From Hormiphora californensis (Eukaryota > Animalia > Ctenophora), in contig CM035360.1 of assembly GCA_020137815.1 (NCBI GenBank), positions 620,001-684,000 on the forward strand: DNA of 64,000 nt. The letters are read 5' to 3'. The first letter of the stretch is position 1; each line of letters opens with the position of its first letter. The position numbers and the translations under genes were made by a program. Below the pieces are notes generated by a model. That model was not told the DNA's origin. It worked only from the letters and a program-made list of their open reading frames with translations, and ran no database searches. Shown in pieces: positions 1-23,088 of this stretch.

Positions 1-2153
1 GGAGAGAGAGAGGGAGAGAGAGAGAGGGAGAGAGAGTGAGAAGATGAGATGGTATAGCTCGAGTTGACACGTGATTCTTATCAGCTAAACGGGGAGAGAG
101 GTCTGTCACTTGACCCGGTTTAGAACGGGAGAGGACAGTAACACTGTTACACTCTGTGTATGATATTGTGAACAATCCGACACTATTCCATTAGAAACTA
201 AATCTGTGACATTGTTATCGAGCAGTTCGGTCGATTGATTAGCCGCAAAATTAATGAGGAAGTTTAGTTTGTTCAACCGGAAGGAGAAAACTAAACTACT
301 GTTATTGATCAAGCAATATATGCATTTACAGGACTGGAATGGAGTTGCATTGATCCAAAACGATACCAAGACATCTGTGACACTGTTATTAACAGAGCTA
401 GACACGTGATCCAGAGAAGGACTACTAGACACATCAAAAAAAACAAAAGGATCCAAAAAGACACCAAGACAGGGGGAGTTGTTTTGCGACTGTTTTTACA
501 GTGTTGACAGGATTTTAACAGTGCTGACAGGTGTTTCACATGGTACCCTAGAGAGAGTTCCACTACAATCTACAGACAGGTTTAGGAGACAACGCTTCGA
601 ATAAACTGGGTATCATTGAGTCTCATGGTACCGATCAGCAGTAACAGTAACCTAAACATGGTACCCTAGAGAGGTATAGTTCCACTACAATCTGCAGACA
701 GGAGAAACAGCACAAAGCTAAACTGGGGATCCTAGTGGGTGGGGCATGGTGGTACTACGATATTGACAGCTAGATATCCAATATCTGATGATAGTTGTAT
801 GATAGATGTATGATAGATGTATTGGTTAGCTACTCATCTGTATGATTTATTCTAACCAAATGTGTTGTAGGATGCTTATTGTATTGGGGAAATGAGCCAT
901 TCAAATTAAATTCAACTGTGGCGGCAATGCCACAGCCCCAAAAGTCACCGTGTTTTCTTGAATAATATGATATATCGAGTCTGATATAGTTCGACAACAA
1001 TATCATACAACAGTTCGCTTCCTGCTTGGACCTGTTAACTGAGGATCAGTGAGCATGAAGATTCACATGGTACTACTCTGCAAAGAAGAATAAGAAGGTA
1101 CTCTGCAGTCACGTGTTGGATTGATCCGATACTACCCAAGGAATAGGAGAAACAGCTAACATAGCTATGTTAGCACTGTTTCTCCTATGCATAGTAACCT
1201 AGAGACGCTTACTGCTTAGGAAGAGCTCCAAAAGCACTGCAGCACATGAGTGTCGCGGTGAATGGTACCGAGGGGACCATGAAAGGCAGTTCAGATGGGA
1301 CCGTGAATTTGGGGGTTTCTAATGTAGTGACAGGTGTTGACAGAGGGTGTGGATAATTTACTACATGCGGGAGCTAGATAGAGGGAGAGATAGCTAGAGG
1401 CCTAGAGGGAGAACTAGATGCCAACAGGAGCACTCTCCTACTACCTAGGGTTGAAGTATGGCACCTACCTCCGATATCTCATCAAGTGGTTTGTTTTTAA
1501 ATCCATTTCCTCGATCAGCATCGTTGTTGTTGAGGATCTACTGGGTTATCATACGGGATCTGAAACATGGATTCATAGTTACCAATGTGCTAATTACTAA
1601 TCAAATTAGTAGTTCTAAATCGAAGTTTGGGGGCACTGATTAACACATTCCAGTTCTGAAGCTTCTATAGATATTGAAAATTCATGATGAAATTGGTAAT
1701 TTGGAGAATAAACAAACTACATGCACACCTGTTAGTCGGCTTTAGCTGGCTCTGGCTCAGTCCCAAATTCCAATTAACATGACACCAGCTGCAGCAGGAC
1801 CGCCCCATTTTCTAGAGACCTGCTGCGCGCGCAGTGGGAGAGTCCCACGGCGCGCAATCCCCACGTGGGATTATTGTAGCCATGTCATCCGCGCCCTACG
1901 TCAATACCTCAATAAAGGGAACAACATCTCTCATCCATCACAGTTTCTCTGAACTCTCTGGCTATTGCCTGGAACTCAATGTTTTGTTATTGATATCGAT
2001 CTGTCAAAGAAAGGGAGAAACATAACAATGGTAGAACAATAAGAGACTTGATTGGGTACAAAACACAAACATAGAGGGGGGGGGGTTGTTTGACGTTTGT
2101 ACCGGGATAAAAGGGCACACGGAGGAGAGACATTATGGAACACGCTGGGAAGA

Positions 2154-2249
<96 letters not shown>

Positions 2250-3657
2250 GCACTTTCTTTCACAATCTAAGTAAGGGCTGGCGCTCCCCTACATTATTAT
2301 ACCATCTGAGGGGGAGCTCACCAATTCATCAAAAACATAGCACTTCTCGCTCACACACAGAGAGCACATCACCCCCTTTATTTCAATCTTACTACCCCCT
2401 TCCCAGCACACAGCACACGCACAGCACCACACGTACCCGGTTTCTAATCTCCCACAATCTTTCTTACGGATTGGTGCAGCAATCTTTCTTTGGTGCAGCA
2501 AATTCAACAAATGAATGACCTACGTCAAAGGGTGATAAAACTAGTAGGTATTTCTCCTCTAGAAATACTTAAAGAAGTTCAATAGTAGACTTTGTTGAAA
2601 GATCACATATCCAGACAGTTTTAATCCAGGAATGTTCGATTCCTCTCATTTTATTACTTTGTACTTTAAATCTGCATGAATATACCCGCTTTCTTTCTTC
2701 CCCAATGCGTTGCTGTACTACGAGAATTAACGGAGCTATAAAGAGCTGGGGTTAAAAGTGGTAAAATCTAACCGTATATGGTATTTCTTTACCTCTGGGT
2801 TTACTGGGTGGGGCTACTGTTACGTCATATATGGTCTACAGAGAATAGTGGATTGAGATTTTGTCCGTCATATATAATAGATAACTTGAGTTGTCAATGG
2901 GGGGGGGGGGGGGGGGGTATGGTACTATTTTGGCAGCTATCTCGGGGGGGGGGGGGCGGTATGGTACTATTTTGGCAGCTATCTCTGGGGCGGGGGAGGG
3001 ATATGGTACTATTTTGACACCTATCAAAACCTTTCAATAAATACTGTTTAGAGTTGACATGTAATAGCTGAGAGTGAGAGATAGCTGAGATAGAGGTAGC
3101 TGAGAAGTGAGAAACCAGGAGGCATGTCACCCCGATCAGACAAACATCCTGTTAGTTTCATCCATTCCCCCTTTATTTTCCTTCCCTCTTCTTCCCTCCT
3201 TCCTATCGTTGCTCTTATACTGCAGGAGGAGGAGTTCACATGTGTGTTTCGTCAGCCTACAGCTAGCATCATTGCAGTGATCAGGTCAACTACTGCTGCA
3301 GAGTCAGCAGGTGTTTTGTGGATCAATTATCCCACCACGCTTCTCTCTCTCTGTTGTCGTGTCTCTCTGTGTGTCTCACTCTCTCTCTTTCTCTCCATCA
3401 CTCTCACCACACTTCACTCCTAATCTAGAGAGGAAGCTACTACTGCATCTTGATATACCCTCACAGAAATGCACACAAGATATAAATCTAGCTGTTGGCA
3501 AGAAGCGTAGTAGAGACTTTGATGAAAATACTGATCGTAAAGTGAGAGTGAATTTCGTATTTAGCGATGGTGGCATACTTTATCGGGGGAAATAAAATAT
3601 GTTTACCGACGTCCGACAATCTGACAGCTGGCCACGACAGAGAGGAGGAGAGAGAGT

Positions 3658-3700
<43 letters not shown>

Positions 3701-4740
3701 CCAGTTTATAGCGCATACAATGAGTGGCCCAGTCCATTATGGGATTCGAGTGTTATAGCACCTGTCGAGCGAGCTACAAGAAGAAGTTTCTTCTTTTCTT
3801 TATCCTCTCTCTTCCTCCCTCTTTTTTCTCCAAGTATCTCTCTCTTCCTCCCTCTTTTTTCTCCAAGTATCTCTCTCTTCCTCCATCTCTTCACAGCCAC
3901 TCTAATCAAGCGTGTGCTGGGACTGAAAACACAGTTAGAGGCAATGAGAACCGCCAATGAAAGTCAAGGGATGAAATACTTTGGTAACGAAGTTACCCCT
4001 CACTTGCCAGCGTGCGAAGAGTCATTTCATAACCAATTTAATACTTTGGTTCAGAGGAAATAAATAAAAGTTGAGACGATCCATGATCTAAAAGCATTAA
4101 ATAATAAATGATAAACAAAACACCATATATGGGCATCACGTGCCCCACGTGTCAGAACAAAGAGTAATCCACCAACACCACCATCAAGTCTACCATTAAT
4201 TAGACAAGAACACAACAACAAAGCTCACTGTTCACACAAACAGACAAACGACAACAACAAAGAATTACAAACAGACCCTGGGTAATTCTGTCTCTTTTCC
4301 CTTGTCTACTTCTCGTTCTCCCTATTATATATCCTCCCAATAGACACCAAGAACCTCGACTACCCACACCTGGTATTGTGGGGAAACAGGGTCGAGCAAG
4401 GCACCTCCACACCTTTTTGTCTTGATTATGGGTATTGGGTGAGCTAGTAATTGGGATCATTTCAAGGGTCACCCATGCTGGCATAGTTTATCCAGTAACC
4501 AGTTTAACTAGTGTAACCTATAAAAGTTGGCATGAGAGCCTTTTTACACTAAGGTGCTAGAAATCGTGTGATCCTCGGCTGAGATCCTCTCTCTCCCTCT
4601 TCTATCAGAGCGATTAGATCCTAACAACTCATCAGGAGATAGAGCTGGATCCGTGTCACACACTTTACTTTCTCCAGGATCCGAGACAGGGGAACAGGTG
4701 TTCAAATTAGTCTCCCAGATCTCGACTGGAAGATATATAG

Positions 4741-4827
<87 letters not shown>

Positions 4828-6303
4828 GAAGCTCCCCAACAGTATCTATCACAGTAACTCTGTCCACAAAACAACTCAGCCCTATACCTCAGATGATTAG
4901 AGAGAGTCACAGAGACCCCCCCAAATGATTAGGGAGACCACCACCCCCTATCACAACACACATGTAATGTCTCGTCCCAGAACCACGTGTGGCCTTTTTA
5001 ATTTTAAAAAGAAGTAAAACTCGTTACATATGGTGCACCCCCCACCCTGCAGAATATTCCAGAAGGCGAAGAGATTGAAAAAATTATGAGGAAGAGAAGA
5101 AATAACACTAGGACAATAAAACCCCAGACGCCAGTACTATACATCCAGTACTATACATCCGTTGTTATGAAAAGGAAGTTAATCCTGCATCGATATGTGT
5201 TCCTAATACTAAAATGCGAATATTATTACCGCATCAAGAATTATTATTGTTCACTTTTGTCCTATGTATGTAGGTAGGTGGGTATGCTAATTTAGGAAAT
5301 CTAAAGATAAGGTCTCGAAATTACAGTTATCTAAGGCTGGGGTAGTAGTTTCATTATTACCGTGGTGGGCAGGTTGCCGAGGGGAGGGAAGATTCAAGTT
5401 GAATATTAGTAGTGAAAACTCACACCATACTTCTCATGCCTCACCTTTTTATGCTAATATTAAAGACCTAGCCGCGTCTCTCAGACCGTAGCTCTGTCTA
5501 TCTTCAACTTGTTACATGTTCAGTCCGGCCCTCTATGTTACCCTTAATATCAGGGCTATTCAGTCTGGCCCATTCCGGCTCTTAGCATGTCTAGTGTCTA
5601 CCGCTAGGGATTTCTTTACTTGTTACGAGTTCTATGGTGTTGTGCGTGTCTGAATAATTCTCTGAAAAGCTATCCAACTAGCTGGAAAACTTTAATTATA
5701 CCTCGCTTTTCTCTTTGTTTGCGGTTTAACGCATGAAATCCACCCCCGTCGTAGATGCGTGCAGCGTGAAATTCATCTAGGTCGGCATATGAAATACTGA
5801 TCTGCTAAGGAATATACCGTAGGAAATATGGGGTCATTATGGGGGGGGGTCCGCTCATTCGTATGATACTAAATAGTTAAATTCAATTCCTGCATTGTAG
5901 TGTGACGTGTCCATGACTGAGGCCCAGTAATAGTATTAGAAGAGGCCCAGTGATAGTATTAGAAGAGGCCCAGTGATTAGCTAGAATAATTGTACGAGTA
6001 TTGAACTCCTAACTAACTAATATTAGTACCTATCTACATTTTATTCCTTTGTAAGTGTGTCTTCAAAAGAACGCCCCCATAATCCATTCTGATAATAGGG
6101 TTTATTTATATAATCCAATAACGGGATCTACTGTAGGGTTTTTCTGTTTCAATTTGCCAGAAATTCGCAAGCTTTGCCTGGCAACACAAAGGGACTATGC
6201 AGTGCAATACCTGTAGAATCTTGCAAGAATTTGTCTATCCCCAGATAATAGGGATAAGGATTGAGGAAAGAAATATCTTTTGTACTTACAAAGCACTGTG
6301 TCC

Positions 6304-6380
6304 TTGGTAACGCAATTACCCCTACATTGCGGGCACGCTGAAACGTGCCTTACTATCGCAATGCCCTATGCATTTACCAA
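6304..6380. mobile_element. Tiny MITE, TTGGTAA TIR family, 9-bp TSD
   Basis: TSD ACTGTGTCC on both sides. Related to 44956-45039, 3981-4036 and 9444-9512. Confidence 0.65.
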
Positions 6381-7105
6381 ACTGTGTCCTTGCTTGTTTT
6401 ATTCTAGACTGATTTTGCTTTGCTACCAAGGTAGTATATCTTTGGTTTGATTTTAAAATAACATTAAAAATCTAGAGGGAGATATACTGGAGTGAGTTGT
6501 TACAACAACATGTTGAGTAAGGACTGAGAGAGTTACATACTATATTATATCATAGAGAGGGAGCTCCAGACTTCAAATGAAGTGTGCTGTAACCGCGATA
6601 TAATAATCCATAAATTTTACATATCCAGTGACTAGACTCACTTAGTTAGTTTTTACATAATGTCATGATCCGAGTCACTATAGAGTGTAGACTTTACTTA
6701 CTACTTAGTTTTGAAGATGCGAGTCACTAGATGGACTTTACTTAGTTTCTGCAGCACTATAACATGGCATGATTCACTAGATGGATTGGTTCCTGTAAAC
6801 ACCATGATACTTCATTTCTCAAGGTAGCATGCATGCACATATCGAACTAGACTCCGTGATAAACTGATAGCCTGTTGTAACAGGCAACATGTTGCAGAGT
6901 TCTGTTTGCTTTGCTACAATACTTTTCTACTCGTGTCGTGTTTATGTCACACTGAAGTGAGCATTCAACACTCAGACCCTTCCTTCAATTCTGTATTGCC
7001 ATACGCTGCAGTCCCCAGAGTGGAAAGCAGAGCGTTCTTGTTCAATTTCCCAAAAAGGGGAGGAAATATACCGCCAAGTTGAATTATAGGATTCTTGTGT
7101 AGGAA

Positions 7106-9335
7106 ATGTACCGTCCAGTGTCCCTGGTGATTCTACTTGGATTGGTGGTCAGACTGGGACATGCCTACAACTTCTGTATTTACAAAGGTACACGACGTGT
7201 TTCTGCTTGAAATGTACTGTCCATGTCTACAGGACACACGAGTCACAAGACAGTCTAGTTTCTAATGCTCAATAAAAACTTGTCTTGTTTAGATTTTCTC
7301 CCCTCTCCGTATCTGGAGAACAACCATAAACCATTATTAATCTCTCCTTAACCGAGTTCTGCCCGTGTATGTGTGAGATTCCCCATTAAACTGTTGTACA
7401 GAGGGCGTGTGTGTGTGTTGATCACGAGAAGGAGATATCAAAAATTACTTCCTGAAATCAAAGAAACATAGTTAAGGCAGAACTGCTTCCCCTAATTTGT
7501 ATCTCCAGTGTCTGGGATAATGAATGAATGATATGGGGGACTAATAGGGGGATTATGAGAGGGAGGGGAGGTGTGTGGGGACTAATAGGTAAGGGAGGTA
7601 GTCGATGAGAAATGAAGGAGCGGGGGATGTGGTAAAATCAGTCAAAATCTCGCTCCAATATACCTTCGTCATTCACTGTTCATATTGCACTAGGAATTGG
7701 GGTAACCGGTACTGCATATATATATTGTAACCCATACCTCTATTTAACCGATCTATACTGATATGATGAGATATATATACCACAACGAAATAATACAGCT
7801 GTATTTAGGACGCAACACATGTTTCATGGAATCCCTGACGGGAAACCAATCATCAGGCGATATAATACCTCTCAATAGAATAATAGTTTCTTCCATCGAT
7901 ACTTAGCAACTAAAATAAGAACTATATTATATCTAGGTCTCTCAATAGCATGTAGTGTGTTCCTATTATATTTGGTACAAGTTATACTATTGTATTTCTC
8001 GCTAATGGATTCTATAAGCCTCCCACTAAAGTTATATCCCATCTTTCCACTCTCTCAACACGCTCTCTAAAGTACTAGGTTATATCCCATTCAAGAAATC
8101 CACTTTCTCAGAGGCGGGAGGTTTAGTCAACCACTTTCTCAGGGGCGAGAGGTTTAGTCAAACACTTTCTCAACATGAAACCACACTAGCTCAGGCCTCA
8201 GACAACTTTTACATTTTCGTTATAATACAAGCTGGTAGGGACAAATGGGGGAGCTTGGCTGGGCGTTTCTTCTCGATCATTTAGTGCGTAAGCGGGTAAC
8301 CACATAACTAGTTGACCAGCTCCCTTGAAATTGTCTCAAACTTTAGCAAATGCAACAATCTCTCTTTTACTCTCCTTAGTAACAATCTCTCCTTTCTAAC
8401 CACCTTACTGTGCAGGGGTGACGCACAGGCTAAACGAGGTATTCGAGGATGACTGTAACAGATGTATGTGCAGGAAATTTGGAGTTGATAACGCTGAGTG
8501 TACTGACATACGGTGAGTAATGCGGAGTAACCCGGACCCCCTCTTGCACACCCTCTATCCCCCACGCCTACATAGGATATCATAGGTTTCTGAAAAAGGT
8601 TTCTCTGTCAGAGCATTGGCCTGATCCTATTCTCATTTCGGGAAGCACGGGAGAACCGTGGTCAGAGCAAATTGGCCTGACAGAGGTTTTTCGGTAACCC
8701 ATGGCTTCTCAAATCTCCTCAAAGAGCAAGCTGCCTCATGACTGAATCCCTAACACACATGTAATATTCTCTTTATTGACCCTATAATGTTGTTTCAGGT
8801 GTATTCTCTTTATTGACCCTATAATGTTGTTTCAGGTGTATTCTCTTTATTGACCCTATGTTGTTTCAGGTGTGACCTGGTGATCATGAACCCTCCTGAA
8901 TGCACCCACAACTGTCTAGAGAGTGATCACGGTAAACCAGTCTACCAAATAGAGGATGAGGAGCAGGGAGACCCAGCAGGAGAGGAGGGAGAACCGATCG
9001 ACTCAGCAGACAAAGAACCGATAGTCACGCCACCACCACCACCCCGACACCGACAGAGGGGAGGGGGCCACAATAATAACAAGGCGGGGGCTAGGCAATG
9101 TTGTGGCAAAGTTTGCACGGAATCTGAAACGGAGGCACCGACACGGACCAGGGAGGTTTGGAGAACCGAACCATTTTTACTGAGAACCCCAGCCCTGCCC
9201 CCTTATCCACTTATTCATGAAAAATGCCCGACCGGACCCCTAATCCACGGTGTCAGCTCCGTCTTGAACAATGCGTTGTATGTTTCATGGTTCATGGGAG
9301 CATCGAGAGACCCCACACCACGTGTTATGTTCTAA
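7106..9335 (+). CDS. Secreted Cys-rich protein with one pacifastin/VWC-like module and an acidic/Pro-rich tail (~214 aa, 3 exons)
   Basis: Exons 7106-7187, 8416-8512 and 8870-9335 are all GT-AG, with matching phases 1 and 2. Translation: MYRPVSLVILLGLVVRLGHA (signal-peptide-like) YNFCIYKGVTHRLNEVFEDDCNRCMCRKFGVDNAECTDIRC... This fits C-x(n)-C-N-x-C-x-C-x3-G-x5-C-T-x3-C. The 3' end of the last exon is less certain. Confidence 0.75.
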
Positions 9336-10005
9336 GGGAGCAGCGGAGCCCCCAAATTTCTACCGACTCAATCTACCAGTACAGCGCCATCAATTCCCTA
9401 CCACGTAATCCCCCTTCTTGTTATTGTAATCCGCCCTGTGACCTTGGTAACGCGCCGGCAAGGGAGGGGTAACTTCCCCCACCGTAACCCGGAGTGAGGG
9501 TCGAGTAACCAAGCTGATGGGAAGCTAGAAGTGAAACTCATCGTGTTATTAGTGTTTAAACGGGGTTGTAACAATAAACAAATCAATTATGTGATTAGAG
9601 ATGCTTACAATTCAGTCGATTAGAGAGTCGAGCACTGCTGTGTGTGTCAGATATATATCTTGATCAACATGTAATATATAATTATCTAAAGAATGTCTTG
9701 AAATTATTTTCTTCTAAATCTTCATATATCGGAATTGGATCAGTCTTTGGAAACAGAAAACTAGATAAATAATGAGATCCACCAAATAATTAGTCAGATG
9801 CAGGGGCGTTATTCCTTCTGCCAATATTAGTGAGTACTATAGGAGGAGTACTACTAGGATCAGGGTTCAAAGAAGTAGGAAATTATTCAGATAATTCTGG
9901 AAGAAGAAGAGGGGGTGGTCCATATATATTAGCACTAGTTGGGGCAGGGTCCAATGTCCAATGTCCAACCATTAGCATTAGGGGGCAGGGTCCAATGTCC
10001 AACCA

Positions 10006-18189
<8,184 letters not shown>

Positions 18190-18307
18190 ACAGATCTCGG
18201 TCTGTCTGTGCTGCTCCTCTCTCTCTCCTCTCACGCCATGGTGTATTCGTTACATATGTATCACACTGTTAGCATTAGAAGTGGGTTGTTATTTCAATTG
18301 CTAATGG

Positions 18308-18462
18308 TAAAGTCGGATTTTTTGAAACTGTCACCCCAAAATGACCGCGCATGTGAAATTTATCAATTTTGACGCGCACACCACACGTTAACATGTGATG
18401 TGACGCGCAAAAACATTCCGCGCACGAAAAGGGGGGTGACAGTTTCAAAAAATCCGACTTTA
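18308..18462. mobile_element. Short MITE just upstream of the Rab copy A start codon
   Basis: ~30-bp TIR TAAAGTCGGATTTTTTGAAACTGTCACCCC and its reverse complement. Absent from unit B. Confidence 0.75.
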
Positions 18463-18874
18463 ACTTGAAACTGAATTGAATAAATTGACAAAGTCTTTAG
18501 AATTTTCAGTGATGGAAATGTTTGTAATGCAGCGTAAAATTGTCTACTTCGTCAGAGATAACAAATAAAATGGATGACAGATAACAAACTGGATGTTTCA
18601 AAAAACTAAAAAGCAGATTAAAAGTTTTCATAACTTTTAATTTATCATCTTTGGCGGCTCAGACCCTAATTCGATTCTCAAATCTGAACGCGACTCCAGA
18701 CAGAATTTATCAGAGTAGATTTGATGAAAATGAAATATTTCTGGCAATTTTTCTACTTCGTAACTGTCTGGTGGCGTAAGGATCAGTGTATTAAAGTTTA
18801 CATAATGAAACAAACAAATTGAAAAAGGAACACGTGTGCGGGTGTATCATAATTATTGTGTTAGGACACGGATA

Positions 18875-18996
18875 TGAGGAGCCTCGGAAATGTTCAAGTC
18901 ATGCACATTCAAGTCACGCCCACCAATCACAGCTCAGAACGTGCGGATCACGAGAGCTGTTCTTGAACATTTCTTGAACATTTCCGAGGCTCCTCA
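18875..18996. mobile_element. 122-bp TA-flanked MITE
   Basis: TIR TGAGGAGCCTCGGAAATGTTCAAG / CTTGAACATTTCCGAGGCTCCTCA, with a TA duplication. Confidence 0.75.
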
Positions 18997-19168
18997 TAAG
19001 GGAGGGAAACCTTGGCCTATGCTACAGGCCCTAGAAGCCGTGGAAAACGCGCGCACTTGGGGTCTGCAGCGCATGCCAAAGGGAAACCCGAAACACAAGT
19101 CACAAAGTTGAAATTTAAACTTTAAAAAATCTTCACACAAAAACAAACTTTATTTGTTTCTGCCAGTA

Positions 19169-19750
19169 TGGCGGCGCATTGACGCAAACATGAAAAAAAT
19201 AAAAAAACGTGTTTCAAAAAACATGTTTTTAAAAAAACATTTTTTCGAAAATTTTGATTTTGCGTCAATGCGCCACGTAAGCCGGCTCAATGACGCAAAA
19301 TCATGTTTTCGAAAATTTTTATTTTGTGTCAATGCACCACGTCGCCGGCTCAATGACGCAAAATCAACATTTTCGAAAACATGTTTTTTTTCCGAAAATT
19401 TTGATTTTGCGTCAATGCGCCGGCCACGTGGCGCATTGACGCAAAATAAAAATTTTTGAAAACATGATTTTGCGTCATTGAGCCGGCTTACGTGGCGCAT
19501 TGACGCAAAATCAAAATTAAAGTGTAAGCGAAACAACAACGAACTGGCTGCGCGTTGCGCAACGTTGCGCATGTGAATCTCACCGGTGAGATCGTTATGC
19601 TCAACGAATGCGCGACGCGCAGCCAGTTCGTTGTTGTTTCGCTTTCACTTTATCGAAAACATATTTTTTTAAAAACATGTTTTTTGAAACACGTTTTTTA
19701 TTTTTTTTTCACGTTTTTTACTTTTTTGATTTTGCGTCAATGCGCCGCCA
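19169..19750. mobile_element. TA-flanked foldback element built of nested TTGACGCAAA palindromes
   Basis: TIR TGGCGGCGCATTGACGCAAA. Internal ~133-bp hairpin at 19519-19652. Absent from unit B (~25055-25075). Confidence 0.8.
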
Positions 19751-22072
19751 TAGTGCAGCGTGATCTTTCAAAAACATCGCGCGTTCCGTTTATTTCAGTT
19801 TTTTGCAGCGTAAACATAAAACTTAAGGCTAGGCGCGCGTCAAGAATTCCTAAAATAAAAAACAGAAAATCTTTAAAATTTCTAAAACTCGTTCTGATTT
19901 TTTTTAAAGAACGGAAAAGTTTATTAGAACAGCTTTGCAACCGGTCAGAGACCCTTTAAGAAGCTTGAAGGCCTCGACTGGATCTAGGAGCCTCCAGGAG
20001 ACTGACAGGTGACACATAATGGACTCAGCACATCATGAGAGGAGTGAGGACGGCGGGAAACAGTAGCCAGAGGCACCGCTTTTGGAATTCATTACAGTAG
20101 CAAGTGTTTTGAGCATATTTAAGTTCTACTCTAATGAAGAATGTACCCCTAATTTGCCCCCGGTGGCCGGTGTTGGGGTACTACCCTAATAGTTTAGGCT
20201 ATGGAGGCCCGAAAAAGTGTTTTTAGGCTATGGAGGTTCCGACGCATTGCGGAATGCTTTGTTATTATATTACACGTGACCCATACGGCATAATAATGTA
20301 GCCCCTAACAGCATGAATGCCCGGTTTTACAATCATCGAGCGAAAGGGAGATGCCGAAGCCTCAAGACCGAGTCACCATTTAATTTTCCCCAACAAAGTT
20401 TATCATACCGGGTGGTCCGTTCATTGTCTCATGTGAGTCTCCTGGAATCTAGCCTTTGAGCTTTTTGAACGGGTCACGATTATCTACCATTGGGGACTGC
20501 AGTGGCCAGTGTATGACAACTAAAAAAGAACCCATTTTTACAATAATGGTCATATTTCGCCCAAACAACGCCGAAAATGATACTCTATTATCGTGGCATG
20601 GAAGATTATCAACCTAACATTTCGTAGTTTCATCCCAGTCTCGTTGCATTATGTGCAAGATTGTATGTTATCATCAACAGTTTAAGACCCACTGAACCCA
20701 GGCTTCCTTCGCCCCTGCATTAACTCTGGATGGATGCCCAGGGATAAATCTGGTAATAGGTATACATTCCCGTGATCTTATTGACTTTGATGAGTGTTGT
20801 TTGATGGGGGAATCGAACGACAACCGGTTACCAAATCATAAGAACTTCCTGGGAAAAGCGTTACATTAACAAGAATAATTGCGGTATAATGCCATACCGC
20901 CTGATTTCCCCGCCAACCATGTGATCTGGCATGTGCCAGTTGCCACACCTGCTTCTAATTGGGCACTGATACGTGAGCCGGTATAGCTGATGGGTTGCCT
21001 GAGCTATGTGATATCCTAGTAATAATAATAAGTCGCAGTTCCGATCACAAATGCAGAACAATGTTCATTGCACAATGACGTAGGGCGCGATGACAAATCT
21101 ATGAACAATTGTAATTGCAAGTGCAACATAAAGGCGCCGCGCACATGCGCGCGAACTTCCTGTTGTGTTCAGTCAGTAAGTGACAGCATTCCGCACTGGA
21201 TAGTTGCCAACAGCAACTCAGGAGGTTACGTTACAGGATTTAAGCGTGACACTTCACTAGTATGTAAAATAAAATTGTCGAATTCTAAACCCCTATGCCT
21301 TTTTACAAAAGGCATCCGGGTGAATGCCTTCGGCATTCACCGGGCGGGGAAAAAATGAATGCATATAAATCACGCTACAATGAAAGTCACACTTACAAAG
21401 AAAATCTAGTCCGTATCACAAAGCACACGGTATAAAGTCTGTTAAATAAAATGTATCAAACTGGTTAAAATTCCGTCAACTGCATAAGGCTCTGAGCGCC
21501 CGAAATAATAACTAGTGTCCGATCGCCACAGATACCAGATAAAAAGTCCGCGCGCACACTAGCAATGCTGTGTTGTTTGTGCCGCCCCTTCTGTCCCGGC
21601 CTCCGCACCTTCCATACAAAACTGAAGATTCACTTCAACTTCTTTACCCCCTATTTATTATGGATACGATACGATAAAGTACGCAGAAAGGTGGTGAATT
21701 TTATTTGAAGAATCCAGTCCCAATGTTTATTAATTATTATCCAAGTCAGTAGAGCTATAGTAAAGCTGTGAGGGAACCCCACCTGAACTAACTAACTTAG
21801 AAAATAATTATTCTACCACCTTCAGAATTGATAATTTGTGGCAACCTGTTGGTCAATAATTCCGATTTCCTATAAGCATTCCCCCCTCCCCCCCGAGTTT
21901 CTTCTATCACTCGTTACTTTTAATCGAAGCAGGATTACATCGTTCTTCTACCATTTTATATTTATTTTCAAGGCCTAGAGAGAATCTAAAAATTCAATAT
22001 ATCTTGGAGGAGAGATAGACAGAGAGAGAGACAGAGAAGTAGACAAAGAGGAGAGAGAGAGCAGAGAGAGAG

Positions 22073-22134
<62 letters not shown>

Positions 22135-23088
22135 GGGCACAAGTCTGAATGCTAATCTATAGTTTAGACTAAACATGGTAAGACCTCTCAAACATCAGCG
22201 AACTGGGTGACAGGTGTGTTTATCGTGAGCAGCTCTGCATGATACAATATTAGTTTCTCGTGAACTATAAGAATCTGAAATAGCACTGATGAGCGGAATG
22301 TTACATTCTGTGAAACATATGTTTCCGTAAATCTCCGTGTTTCATTTCTACGAATTAAGAATCTATATAACTTCAATCAGATCTTATCCAGGGTGTCCCA
22401 CTGTCTTTGTATGTAGATGACAGAATATACCGTACATCTGAGCTGCAGTGCATTGACTCATTGGTTATGAAATAACCCCTCGCGACCAAAGCGACTCAGC
22501 GGGTAAGTTACTCAATCCCCCCTACCACTATAATAATAGCTTTGTCGTCCACCAGGCATTTTAAGTGGCATGTCATAGAGTTCTATTGTATCGAAGGTAT
22601 TTTGCCTACAAATGGTCATCCTCCCCAATTGTATTGTTGTGTGTGGAGCTTTAATGGCTATATAACATGATCAAAGTAAGAGAGTGAAAGAAACCATCCC
22701 TTTTATTTTACTAGATCTGTTCGAGTGAAAGAAGCCATTTTACTAGAGCTGGTAGCCTCACTATCGATCAATTAGCGATTACTGCATTAGACACACACAG
22801 CTAACTCTCACACTTTGTAACTTTTCAACATACAGAATATAATAGGTGTACATGTACTGACAGACAGATGTTACTGACAGACACATGTTACTGACAGACA
22901 CATGTTACTGACAGACACATGTTACTGACAGACACATGTTACTGACAGACACATGTTACTGACAGACACATGTTATGACAGACAGATCTGTACACTGACA
23001 GGCAGATATTATATCTATGTTTATTCAATAGATCTAAGTGTCTTACCCCTATAAAATAATAATATCTAATAATAATATAATAACTTAC

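Noticed and set aside
106-4730. Possible (-) strand gene (exon-like stretches near 106-300, 1470-1560 and 4545-4725)
   Set aside because: I could not build a phase-consistent chain or recognise a protein family.
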